From NCBI GenBank assembly GCA_019057795.1, contig JAHLWS010000079.1:1-64000 (forward strand): a DNA stretch of 64,000 nucleotides, given 5' to 3'. The position numbers and the translations under genes are program-made. This document shows positions 40,010 to 49,759 of the stretch, one piece after another. The notes under the pieces were generated by a model. That model saw only the letters and a list, made by a program, of their open reading frames with translations. It had not been told where the DNA came from and did no database searches. Positions within the stretch are counted from its first letter, which is position 1. Each line of letters begins with the position of its first letter. Origin of the DNA: Promethearchaeota archaeon (lineage in GTDB: Archaea > Asgardarchaeota > Lokiarchaeia > Sigyniarchaeales > SOKP01).

Positions 40010-40112
40010 ATTAAAAAATAGTACAACTCCATCTCGAGTCCATTATACTGAAACCTAATGGAATGCACATTCAAAAAAAATAGGGATTTATTAATTAAAT
40101 AGAAAAAGATTT

Positions 40113-40250
40113 ACAGTTGAATCGACTAAGAATTCTTAAAGCGTAAGGCTTAAATCTTGATTTTTAAACGTTAATTGCACATTAATGGCACAGCAATCAG
40201 CCAAGCTTTTCAACAAGGCGCTCGAAACCTTATGGAGTCGATACAACTGC
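40113..40250 (-). ncRNA. Predicted structured non-coding RNA downstream of the DIP1984-family gene
   Basis: Closing stem GCAGUUGUAUCGACU/AGUCGAUUCAACUGU (one U-U mismatch), internal hairpin AUAAGGU..GCCUUGU, six heptamers at 40133-40174, U-tract after the stem. Confidence 0.7.
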
Positions 40251-40311
40251 TCACCTAAAATAATGACAAATGAAATCGATTAATTAGATGAGTGTGATTA
40301 TATATTTGGGG

Positions 40312-40833
40312 TTATTCTATGAGTTGAGTGTTTGCATTGTGAATTTCTAAAATATTTTCGAGCTTCATTTTTCTCTCTTCTAACTTTTTTATAAGAAATT
40401 CTAATTGCAAATCTGTTAATTGCGCAACTTCTTTTTCCTCTTCTTCGGTGGTCGCAATTCGTCTACGTCTGAAACCAAATGAATCTCTTTCGTTAATAGT
40501 ATCGAGTTGTGCTAGTTCACTTCTAATATCATCAATTACTAGTTTTAATCTTGATAATGTCATAGTTCTATCGTCTACATCAATTTCAGTATGAATATTA
40601 GTTCTCATTATTCTTTCTCGTAAATTGCTAATTTTTTCGGCAATTACATTTATTTCTTCTGAAATATTCTCAAAGTTTACAAATTTGGATACTTCTTCGA
40701 CATTCTCTTTGAGATCCTCTAAAGTGCTATCTTTAGGAATAACTACAAAGAAGTTTTCTCTTCTCATTTTGATTTTTCTCTTAAGCTCGTTTTTCAATTG
40801 TTTAACTTGTTTTAACGCTCCTGAAATATTCAA
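40312..40833 (-). CDS. DIP1984/DUF6847-family helical protein
   Basis: MNISGAL.., IMRTN.HT..DDRTMTL and HNANTQLIE match the family pattern MKLAEAL..INRTN..T..TLT..NWTTELIE; TTG start 8 nt after GGAGGTGA. Confidence 0.8.
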   Translation of the reverse strand: MNISGALKQVKQLKNELKRKIKMRRENFFVVIPKDSTLEDLKENVEEVSKFVNFENISEEINVIAEKISNLRERIMRTNIHTEIDVDDRTMTLSRLKLVIDDIRSELAQLDTINERDSFGFRRRRIATTEEEEKEVAQLTDLQLEFLIKKLEERKMKLENILEIHNANTQLIE

Positions 40834-40877
40834 TATCTTTTTCACCTCCTTTTTTGATTTTTTATATATTTCATTTT

Positions 40878-40950
40878 TACTCCCGACATGATTCGAACAT
40901 GTGTTTCCGAGTCCAAGGCTCGGTGTAATTGGCCCCTATACTACGGGAGT
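40878..40950 (-). tRNA. tRNA-Gln(UUG), atypical (C33)
   Basis: Acceptor ACUCCCG/CGGGAGU plus A73, anticodon stem CCGAG/CUCGG with loop CCUUGGA, T arm ACAUG-UUCGAAU-CAUGU; no encoded CCA, no intron. Confidence 0.9.
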
Positions 40951-41414
40951 TTGTTTTCTAAATATAACTATCATATTAATTTTCGTAGGAACATATCCTA
41001 AATTCAAATATCCTATTGTTGGTTCATCTGATCCCTTTGAAAGCTAAATCCATATGAATGTATCTATTAAAAAGCTCTAATATTCTCGTTTAATACTTAC
41101 ATAGATGGTGATAACAAGTATTATATTAAACTCGTGGAATCTAAAAATGCAGAAAGCAAGATAAGAAAGATCATTGTTAAAAACGAGACGAGCTTATTGT
41201 ATTTAATGGATAGAGCATTCGCTAAAGTTAAACCCTCTCTGCAGGGTGGGGGGTTGCAAATACCATGTATCTCGGCTCATAATATTAATAAGATCAATTC
41301 GTTCGCATATAAATTTTTCGATCATAATTTCAATTTATGATCTAAATATTAATTTTTTTTGATAGTTGTATACAATCGTAACTTATTTAAGTATATTGTT
41401 GTATATATTAATTA

Positions 41415-41921
41415 ATGAGATGGATTTTAGATGCATGTACTCTCATCTATTTAATTAAAGCGAAAATTTTTACAAAATTTATGGAAATCATAAATTATCC
41501 CGTAGTAATAGATTCCAGTGTTTATCAAGAAGTTGTAATTGATGGTAAAGCAAACAATTATCCAGATGCAATTGAAGCTGAAAGGCTTTTGAATAATTAT
41601 AGAATTCCCATTATCTCTATTGATGTGTCAAAAGAATTATTCCTTTTCGTTGATCCTGGGGAAACGAGTTGTTATCTTTTAGCGATGGAAGATGGTATTT
41701 GTTTGACATCAGATGATAGAGCATATCGAAAATTTATGAAAGAGAATTTAAAAGCAATGAAAATTGATTCTTTTTATTTTGAAAAATTCAATGGAAATCA
41801 CATAAAAGAAGCTGAATTTCTAAAAATCCTAAATAAATTAGAATCAGTGAATGCAACAAAGCCAAAATCCATATTATTTTTTATGAAAAAACTTCAAGAG
41901 AAAAAAGATGATAAAAATTGA
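41415..41921 (+). CDS. PIN-domain protein
   Basis: ILDACTLI, VYQEVV, DPGETS, TSDD. Confidence 0.9.
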   Translation: MRWILDACTLIYLIKAKIFTKFMEIINYPVVIDSSVYQEVVIDGKANNYPDAIEAERLLNNYRIPIISIDVSKELFLFVDPGETSCYLLAMEDGICLTSDDRAYRKFMKENLKAMKIDSFYFEKFNGNHIKEAEFLKILNKLESVNATKPKSILFFMKKLQEKKDDKN

Positions 41922-42244
41922 CTGATGTAGTTTCAACCAGATTAGATGAAAAAGAAATTGAAGAATTAAACAAGATCTGTAAAAAAGAACGAATGGACCG
42001 TTCTTCTTTAATTCGAAAATTTTTACTTGCTCAAATTGAAGAATATAGATTGAAAGACGCAGGTGAAAAATATAGAAAAGGATTAGTAAGCTTAGCAGAA
42101 GCAGCCATCTTGGCAAAAGTATCGATTTATGTAATGATGGATTATGTGGATCGCGAGAAAATCCAACCTCCCTCTTTAACTGATGTTGAAATGGAGGAGG
42201 AATTGAAGTGGGCTAAAAAATTATTTGAAGAAATGAATCAATAA
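41918..42244 (+). CDS. UPF0175/RHH antitoxin
   Basis: VSTRLD...DRSSLIRK, VSLAEAA; overlaps the PIN stop. Confidence 0.9.
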   Translation: MTDVVSTRLDEKEIEELNKICKKERMDRSSLIRKFLLAQIEEYRLKDAGEKYRKGLVSLAEAAILAKVSIYVMMDYVDREKIQPPSLTDVEMEEELKWAKKLFEEMNQ

Positions 42245-42415
42245 AACACTGAGAATAATTTCTTTTTTTATTTCTTTAGATTGTAGATTGTATTTGTGAA
42301 AGTCTAGAGAGGTTGGATTGGGAAATAGCTAAATTATTCAATTTTATTCAATAATGAATCGAAAAATTTGTGGGAATCTAATTAGGAGTAGAAAATATTG
42401 AATGAAGGACCCCAT

Positions 42416-44623
42416 CTAATTATCGAAATATAATAACATTCCTTTTGATTGAAGTGAAAGTCTAGCATTCAAGTAAGAAATTGATGATTCTGCCCCTTGA
42501 TTCATGTTTAGAGAAAACTCTCCAATACCATCGTGGCAACCACCCGTTAATTCGTTATAAACTTCTTGATTCAGAGAATTTTTTCCAAGGAACCAATTAA
42601 ATGCTTCAATTGCGAGTTTCATATACCTATTCTCTTTAGTGGTATCATATGCAACAATTAATGTTTGTACCATTGAAGCAGCATCAACTGGTTGTTGGTC
42701 ATAACGAGCATTATGCCCATTTTTATGATACCATCCGTTCTGACCAACAGTAGCAAATTTTCCGTCTTTAAACGAAATAGAAATGAGAAAGTCTAAAGAT
42801 TCTTTGGCAATTATTAAATATTTGTCATCTTTAGTTGTTTTATAGCAAAAAAAAAGAGCCTCAGGCAATTTACTATTTGAATAAGTAAGGTAATTTTCGA
42901 ACCAGTGCCATTTCTCACTATTACAATCCTTATAGAGCTGGGATAGATAATCGGCTAATTTTTTAATTCTAATCACTTCAGAATTTTTTATTACATTATA
43001 GAAATAGAGTCCTATCAAAATAAAAGAAATTGCTCTTGGAGATCTAATCTTGTCTACAGCTTTTTTCGCATCTTCAAAAATCAGTTCTGCTTCTACTCTT
43101 AATTCCATTGGGATAATTTTTGTAGCAATTAAATAACCAAGAGCCATCATTGCTCTTCCATGGGCGTCCTCGCTCCAATGCTCGAGATTTACAATCTTAT
43201 TGTAATTAACAAAATTATACAACTTATTTTCATTTTTGTGGACATACTTTATAAAATTCAGATAAATTTTCATCAATTTCAATTTAGTATTATCTTTAAA
43301 TAACTTATAATATAGCGTACAAGCTAATAAGGCTCGAGCATTGTCATCTAGAGTATATCCCGATAATTTATCTGGTTTTGCATAATTTGCAAATTGTATT
43401 ATTCCAAAATCATCCGTAAGATTCATAATATGATCAAACTTGATTTCTGGATATGACATTTCACATTTTTCTAAATCATGATTAACTCGCTTGAAAACAT
43501 TACAATAAGATATTGCTACATTTGGCCATATCATGCACCTAGAAAATGAATAATTGTTTCTTTCCATTTCTTCTTTTAAGAGGGGATTTGATAATATTTT
43601 TATTAGAGCATTAGTATATGAATTAGGATCTCTGAATTTTACTAAAAGACCTCTTTCAGGTGTAATAATATCTTTAGCATAAATGAAAGGTGTAGAGATA
43701 ATCGCTCTACCGCAGGCTATTGCGTACGCCAAAGTGCCACTAACAATCTGATTAGGATTCAGATTTGAAGAAATATAGATATCCGTTGCTAGTAGAAATT
43801 TTACTATTTCTTCTAGCGTCAAGTATCTATCATAGAATTTTACATTTTTTTCGAGATCAAACTCCTTCACTTTTTCCTTGAGAAAATTTCTATACTTTTC
43901 TCCTTCTTTTTTCCTTACTACGGGATGTGTTTCGCCAATTATTAAATATAAAATATTAGGATATTTTTTAACAACCTCAGTTAACGACTCAATTACATAT
44001 TCACAACCTTTTCCGGAGTTAATAAGGCCAAAAGACGATAATACAATTTTATCATCGATACCCATTACTGTTTTTTCTTTTATACTCTCATCAAATGACA
44101 CTGTTGGCGTTCCATGATGTATTACAATTATCTCTCTTTTAATATCATAATCTTTTCTTAAAATATCGATCCCCTTGTTAGTCATAACAACTAAATAAGA
44201 AGATTTTTTTGCTAGTTCACGAACGATTTTTTTTAATTTATCCTCTGGATTTGGGATAACTGTATGGAATGATATAACGACTGGTTTTTTTACAATTTCT
44301 AGAAATTTTATTAAATAATTTCCATATTCTCCACCAAAAATACCAAATTCGTGTTGTATATTTATCAGCTTTATAGCATCTATCTCATTTACTCTTTTCG
44401 CAGCCTTTTTATATGCTGAAATATCATTATCAGTAATATCAAATAAAACATCTTCAATATTTTCATAATTACAATCGCTATTATTATTAATAACGATTAT
44501 TTTTGATTTTATAGAAGGAGAAAATTTCTTATCCATTGCTGTCATTAAATCTTTTGTAAAAGTAGCAATACCGCACATTCTGGGAGGATATGTGGCCATA
44601 TAAAGGATCCAATTAGATTCCAT
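42416..44623 (-). CDS. GT4 glycosyltransferase with C-terminal alpha-helical (six-hairpin-like) domain
   Basis: TYPPRMCGIATFT, QHEFGIFGG, SGTLAYA, GYTLDDNARAL, NQGAES. Confidence 0.92.
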   Translation of the reverse strand: MESNWILYMATYPPRMCGIATFTKDLMTAMDKKFSPSIKSKIIVINNNSDCNYENIEDVLFDITDNDISAYKKAAKRVNEIDAIKLINIQHEFGIFGGEYGNYLIKFLEIVKKPVVISFHTVIPNPEDKLKKIVRELAKKSSYLVVMTNKGIDILRKDYDIKREIIVIHHGTPTVSFDESIKEKTVMGIDDKIVLSSFGLINSGKGCEYVIESLTEVVKKYPNILYLIIGETHPVVRKKEGEKYRNFLKEKVKEFDLEKNVKFYDRYLTLEEIVKFLLATDIYISSNLNPNQIVSGTLAYAIACGRAIISTPFIYAKDIITPERGLLVKFRDPNSYTNALIKILSNPLLKEEMERNNYSFSRCMIWPNVAISYCNVFKRVNHDLEKCEMSYPEIKFDHIMNLTDDFGIIQFANYAKPDKLSGYTLDDNARALLACTLYYKLFKDNTKLKLMKIYLNFIKYVHKNENKLYNFVNYNKIVNLEHWSEDAHGRAMMALGYLIATKIIPMELRVEAELIFEDAKKAVDKIRSPRAISFILIGLYFYNVIKNSEVIRIKKLADYLSQLYKDCNSEKWHWFENYLTYSNSKLPEALFFCYKTTKDDKYLIIAKESLDFLISISFKDGKFATVGQNGWYHKNGHNARYDQQPVDAASMVQTLIVAYDTTKENRYMKLAIEAFNWFLGKNSLNQEVYNELTGGCHDGIGEFSLNMNQGAESSISYLNARLSLQSKGMLLYFDN

Positions 44624-44919
44624 TCTAAATCACAATTAAAAAATGAATACAACTAGCAAAAAAAATGGGATTTACTTTTTTCATTAGAAATAAGACAATT
44701 ATCTTATAATCTTGACACTTTTAAATTTTTAGATAGTATCGTTCCTAATCTTATTTGATAAGGTTCAATTTCTTTGAATACAATGACATTAAACTTCTGA
44801 TCTTTAATAATACAGAAAAACAGCTCCATAATATGAAATTCGATAAATTAATTTAAGAAAAGACTAAAATATTAAAAAATTTAAGATCTTAGATAATAGA
44901 AATAATTTTTTGTTAATAG

Positions 44920-46134
44920 TTACCTTATAGATCTAATGAATAAATCATCTGAATCAAATCTACACAGAACTTTATTTTCCCTTGTTAGCCAACCAATTGC
45001 CATCAGTAAAACTTTTTCGTTTTGATGCAATAAATTCTGAAGGTGAGTTAAACTTTGTTCTTCTTTAATTGTAAGATTATAAATCTGTCCTGCTAAAAAA
45101 CCAATCCCAACTTCTACTTCAGACGCCAAGAGTTCGTGAAGAAGTTTATGTAGATTTACCGATGCTACGGCTATTCTCTTATCAGCGGCACCATAATAAA
45201 TATATAGTCTCTCTCCAAATATTGCGGTGCCTGTGGGGAAAACAACATTATTTACATCTCCAACTTTTTCAAAATCTTCGATTGGCGAAAAAAGAGGTTT
45301 TTTAAGTCGTCCTATTACCTTAAACGGATCGTTTTTATCAAGGAGGGCGGCACTTGCGTGATACACCTTACCTTTATTAGAATCCTCTACAGAATGATAT
45401 AACATGAGCCAACCTCTATCAGTTTCTATCAATGGTGCTCCAGCACCGATATTTCTTGATTCGTATCCAAATTTTGGCTCTATTACAACATGTTCACCTA
45501 ATGTTTTTAGATAATCCTTCCAGAAATCGGTTGTCAAATCTTTAAAATCATCGAAATAAACAATTTGAATATCAGGTAATACTCTATGGAACAGTGCGAA
45601 CTTATTATTAAATTTTTTTGGTATAATGAATGAATCTTTTTCCCATAAGAGTACATCTTCGCCAACGACATCCTTATAATATGATATAAAGAAATAATAC
45701 CTTTCTTTAAGTTTTGATAAGCGGAAAAAATCCCCTGCTTCATCATATCTCATTTTAGGCGAAATTATTCCATGCTTTTCCCAATTTTTTAAATCTTTAC
45801 TAGTTGCGTATGCTATTAATGCATTTCTTCCATCATAGGCCGTGTAAAACATGTAATATGTACCATCAAGAAAAACAATTCTAGGATCTTCTGTACCATG
45901 GATTTCATAATCATGTTCAGGAAACAAAATAGGGCTATTTCTCCTTTCTACGATATTCAAGGGCCCTTCCAATTTACAATAACCAATACTTGAATAATTT
46001 CCTTCTTTTACAGCGCGATAGAACATATGTAATGTATCTCCTTGCTGAACCACCGTAGGGTTTAATACAGCTTGATTTTCAAACTCGTTCCCAGTTGCTT
46101 CCAAAAGAACTCTTTCTCTTCGTACTATTACCAT
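44920..46134 (-). CDS. GH130-like glycosidase/phosphorylase fused to a DUF2582-type winged helix
   Basis: VLNP, EDPRIV, GDVNNVVFPTG, YYGAAD; C-terminal IGFLAGQIY...MAIGWLTRENKV. Confidence 0.9.
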   Translation of the reverse strand: MVIVRRERVLLEATGNEFENQAVLNPTVVQQGDTLHMFYRAVKEGNYSSIGYCKLEGPLNIVERRNSPILFPEHDYEIHGTEDPRIVFLDGTYYMFYTAYDGRNALIAYATSKDLKNWEKHGIISPKMRYDEAGDFFRLSKLKERYYFFISYYKDVVGEDVLLWEKDSFIIPKKFNNKFALFHRVLPDIQIVYFDDFKDLTTDFWKDYLKTLGEHVVIEPKFGYESRNIGAGAPLIETDRGWLMLYHSVEDSNKGKVYHASAALLDKNDPFKVIGRLKKPLFSPIEDFEKVGDVNNVVFPTGTAIFGERLYIYYGAADKRIAVASVNLHKLLHELLASEVEVGIGFLAGQIYNLTIKEEQSLTHLQNLLHQNEKVLLMAIGWLTRENKVLCRFDSDDLFIRSIR

Positions 46135-46259
46135 AATTTGGTATAACGATCTCTTTCTTATTAATTCATGGATATTCCTTTATTATCCCTTTATTATCCA
46201 AAATTCTTGATTATTAGTAATTTTTGGTTAAAACACTCATAAAAGCTTTATAAATTAGT

Positions 46260-46895
46260 TTGAATATTTTAATACAGATGAATTATAGATTCGTAAAACT
46301 AATATATCCTTATAAATCTAAAGATGGAAATTTAACGCGTATTTCATCGTTAAAAGTTTATTTAAGAAATAAAAGCAATACCATTTATGATATTGTAGAT
46401 CAGTATGAAAAAGTATTAGGTCCAAAAATAAAAGAGACAATCAAAGAAGTTAAAAAACTAGTTTTATTGAGAGAAATTATTAACCTCCATAATATTAATG
46501 GCATTAAAAGCGTGAACCAGATAAGAACAATGGTTAAACAAATAAAATCTGGAAAAGAAATCCTATCTCCACATGGATTACCAAATATTAAATTAGTAAA
46601 GACATAGCAATCGGAATGGATTCTATTTGATGGACACCATTCTTTACTTTCTTACATGATTGCTGGAAAGACATATTTACATGAGGTCCCTCATTTTGTT
46701 ATTGAAGACGAGAATGGTCATGTAAATGATAAAGAAATTCTTATATTTTTTGGAATTCATTCCAAAATCTTAAATGATTCTAATTGGAGAAAATTTGTAA
46801 TAAATTGGCAAGCACCGAAAGAAAGACAATTGTGTAAACGAGAGCAAAAAAATATGGGTGAGCTCTTAGATTCAATTAGTGTTTTTTACAATTAA
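46260..46895 (+). pseudogene. ParB/sulfiredoxin-like gene interrupted by one in-frame TAG (46605-46607)
   Basis: The two track ORFs share a frame; read-through gives LPNIKLVKT*QSEWILFDGHHSLLSYMIAG. Confidence 0.75.
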
Positions 46896-46919
46896 ATTTT
46901 CAGCCTTATTTATTTAAGG

Positions 46920-47006
46920 AATATTGAAAAAATAGCAGAAGAATTAATTGAAACATGGGTTGAAGATTTAGTAATAAATAAAACTTATTTAGGCTTAAAT
47001 TTCCAA
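46920..47006 (+). pseudogene. Fragment of an MjaI-family restriction endonuclease gene
   Basis: NIEKIAEELIETWVEDLVINKTYLGLNFQ resembles the WVEDLVI.KT..GL.FQ motif. Confidence 0.55.
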
Positions 47007-47148
47007 ATATCATCATTTATAAACGAAAAAAGTGTAATATTAGACAGAGATCAAAAGAATTAATGATTGAAAGAAAAAATCCTTGAAGTTATCCAATTTC
47101 CGAACCAAAGGAATATTTTTTAAAATAATAACCATTTCTTTTTATTGA

Positions 47149-48444
47149 ATGAACCTACCCGCAATCATATTGATTTTGGTTTTATTTTCGATTTTGATGG
47201 CTTTTTTTTCTCAGAACAAGATAGATTATTTCCCTATTGCATTAATCGTAGGAACCATCGCAGTAGTTTCAATGACCACGCTTGGTAATGTTGAAGAGAT
47301 AGAAATTCTTGGATTTATCAATTTTAACACGTTAATCTTTATATTTGCAATGCAGATAATCATCTATTTTGCAACTTATAATCGAGTTTTAGAATATACC
47401 GCGATCAAATTGATTCATATCACGAAAGGGGATAACCGATTATTTTTCATTATGATTTGCGTGTTTACAGGTACCATGGTAGGCTTTATCGAGGATGTAA
47501 CTCTCTCGTTGATAATGGTTCCTTTGATATACAGAACATGCCGAATTTTAGAGATACCTGCTGGTACATACATGATGGGGATGACCATTACTATAAACAT
47601 CGGCGCAATACTCACGCCTGTCTCGAGCTTAAAAAACTTGATAATTGGCCAGGAATTTGGGTGGGGTTTTGGTGAGTATCTTGCCAATATGGGTATTCTG
47701 TTTTTAATCGCGTTAATATCCACCATTTTCTTGATGGATAAGTTCATATTAAAAAAAGAAGAAAAACCAACTGAAAAAAACAAGGAGATACTATTATCAA
47801 TGCTCGACCCGGGAATTGTAATTCGGGATAAAAGATACTTTTTAATGACAATTATAATTATTCTAGCCACTTTCGGCTTCATGTTCTTAGGATTTGAACC
47901 TGCCCTTGTCACGATCATATCTGCCGCTATACTTCTTCTTATTCACTCTAAGAAATCTAAGTTTTCGGATATTAAGAACGATATCGATTGGAAAATCATC
48001 ATTACATTTGCGATCTTGTTCATTCTTTCGAATTCTTTATCATATTTTGGCTTTTCAGAGTTGATCTCCACAGGTTTGGTAAGTTTGTTAAATAATAACA
48101 TTTATCTGGCCGTGTTGATAACATTGGGTGCCACTACTCTCTTGTCCGCATTTCTTGCGGGTACACCCGTTACCATCATCCTTCTCCCGATTTTTTCGGC
48201 AATCATAGGAGAAGGTTTCTTTCCTAACCCGATTATTATTGCTTTCATCGGCGGCGTTAATATGGCAGGTAATTTCCTACCGCAAGGTTCTGCATGCGAT
48301 CTTCTCACCCTGAATTTGGCAAAAAAATACAAAGTGGTGAATTTGGATTACAGACGCTTACTAAAAAATGGCGCACTTTTCGCAACGCTTCACTTTGTCA
48401 TCATTTTGGGATATACAATGGTGTACACTTTAATATTAAGTTAA
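47149..48444 (+). CDS. ArsB/NhaD/SLC13-like (IT superfamily) permease
   Basis: About 11-12 TM helices, NIGAILTP, DIDWK, NMAGNFLPQGS. Confidence 0.88.
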   Translation: MNLPAIILILVLFSILMAFFSQNKIDYFPIALIVGTIAVVSMTTLGNVEEIEILGFINFNTLIFIFAMQIIIYFATYNRVLEYTAIKLIHITKGDNRLFFIMICVFTGTMVGFIEDVTLSLIMVPLIYRTCRILEIPAGTYMMGMTITINIGAILTPVSSLKNLIIGQEFGWGFGEYLANMGILFLIALISTIFLMDKFILKKEEKPTEKNKEILLSMLDPGIVIRDKRYFLMTIIIILATFGFMFLGFEPALVTIISAAILLLIHSKKSKFSDIKNDIDWKIIITFAILFILSNSLSYFGFSELISTGLVSLLNNNIYLAVLITLGATTLLSAFLAGTPVTIILLPIFSAIIGEGFFPNPIIIAFIGGVNMAGNFLPQGSACDLLTLNLAKKYKVVNLDYRRLLKNGALFATLHFVIILGYTMVYTLILS

Positions 48445-48488
48445 GAGACTTTTAGTTTTATAAATAAATTCCCTACTAACAAGACAGA

Positions 48489-49379
48489 TTATTGTGCTAA
48501 CTTCTCTTTTATTTGAGCAACCAATTTTTCGCTTTCTTCAGAATCAGTTAAAAATTCAATATCTAAGGGTGATGTAATCCCTAATTCTAATTCAACGGCT
48601 CTTTTAATTTGATCTTGTTCAAAAATCGATCCGTCTGTAACCTCTGGTGTTGTTCCAAGAATTCGCAATATTGCGACTCCCACGGCGTCAATAGCTATTT
48701 TATCTGTGCTAGAAACAAATACATTTGCTTCTACGCGCGTACCTTCAATAGGTCCACGATCGACAAATGTAATAACCCCATCCATAACGATCAGGTCAGG
48801 TTTATAAACGCAGTTAATCTCTGCTATCATTTCCCTTTGATACTTTGAGGAGTGTAACTCTGACATGTTTTTTTTATTGACTAATCCTACTGCGTTTTTT
48901 AGCGAGATAGTAAATTGCCCACCATACATGTGAGTTTTTAAGCAGCATGTTTCAATAATACATTCTGCTTCGTCGTAAATTTTGGCAAAAAGGAATCCTT
49001 CTTTCCAATGATTACCATCAGGGTTTTTATGGGCATACTCATCCTTGCTTACATCTGTTAAATCAACTATTTTAAATCCTAATTCTTTTGCTAAAGCGTT
49101 TAAACCTTTTTTCTCGAAAACCTCTGAAGTTTTCGCTGGACCAGCTCGCTCCGCAAGTGTTATCGATTCTGCACCCATTTCCTTTAGCTTTAAAACGAGT
49201 TGCTTCACAGTTTCCATTGAGCTTGAGGCAGGAGGAGGATCGGCAGTATTAAAATTTGGTTTAAGAATTACGTTTTTGCCCTTAACGGGATTAATATCTA
49301 ATAATTCGATGGACTTAGTTACGCCATATACGCGATCTTTAGTCGAAACAACTGCTACTTTAGTCATTATATCCACCAT
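48489..49379 (-). CDS. DUF362 family protein
   Basis: VILKPNFN, LKTH...FTISLKNAVG, PDLIVMDG, AIDAVG. Confidence 0.92.
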   Translation of the reverse strand: MVDIMTKVAVVSTKDRVYGVTKSIELLDINPVKGKNVILKPNFNTADPPPASSSMETVKQLVLKLKEMGAESITLAERAGPAKTSEVFEKKGLNALAKELGFKIVDLTDVSKDEYAHKNPDGNHWKEGFLFAKIYDEAECIIETCCLKTHMYGGQFTISLKNAVGLVNKKNMSELHSSKYQREMIAEINCVYKPDLIVMDGVITFVDRGPIEGTRVEANVFVSSTDKIAIDAVGVAILRILGTTPEVTDGSIFEQDQIKRAVELELGITSPLDIEFLTDSEESEKLVAQIKEKLAQ

Positions 49380-49759
49380 ATATTAAGTAGCTAATTGGAT
49401 GAATACATTAAAATTTGACTGTTTTAAAAATAATATATATTGAAAAAGCAATTATTTCTGCGATGAATTTTTTGCTGGCTCTGGTTATACCAAAGTAATA
49501 TTTCTGAAAATGACGACACATCGGAATTTACATCTTCAATTCATTGATAACGGCGGAGTTTCTTTACCAGATGATCCTAGATCTCTTTGGAATGAGACTC
49601 AGTCGATATTATATGTTCGGTAAATTTTTATCTCTCTAAAATACAACTATAGTTTATAAATAATAAGTAAAACCTTGATATATTTTAAAATATAATCGTA
49701 ATTAGAATGAAAATTGAACTATTAAGGTAACCACTAAGAATGAGTTGATAACATAAATT

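Larger units (their letters stand above)
37193..40064 (+). repeat. 29-bp imperfect direct repeat (37193-37221 and 40036-40064), each copy self-complementary
   Basis: GAGTCCATTA-nnn-TGAAA-nnn-AATGGAAT, 25/29 identical. Confidence 0.65.

Noticed and set aside
40113-40250. Element as a MITE, Y RNA or SECIS
   Set aside because: No target-site duplication seen, no Ro60 gene or bulged-C Ro-binding helix, and no in-frame TGA in the upstream gene; a MITE origin is not fully excluded without a genome-wide search
41134-41340. 68-aa ORF and GC-rich hairpin ACCCTCTCTGCAGGGT as an IS200/IS605 end
   Set aside because: No tnpA/tnpB remnant recognisable; the ORF looks like a degraded fragment
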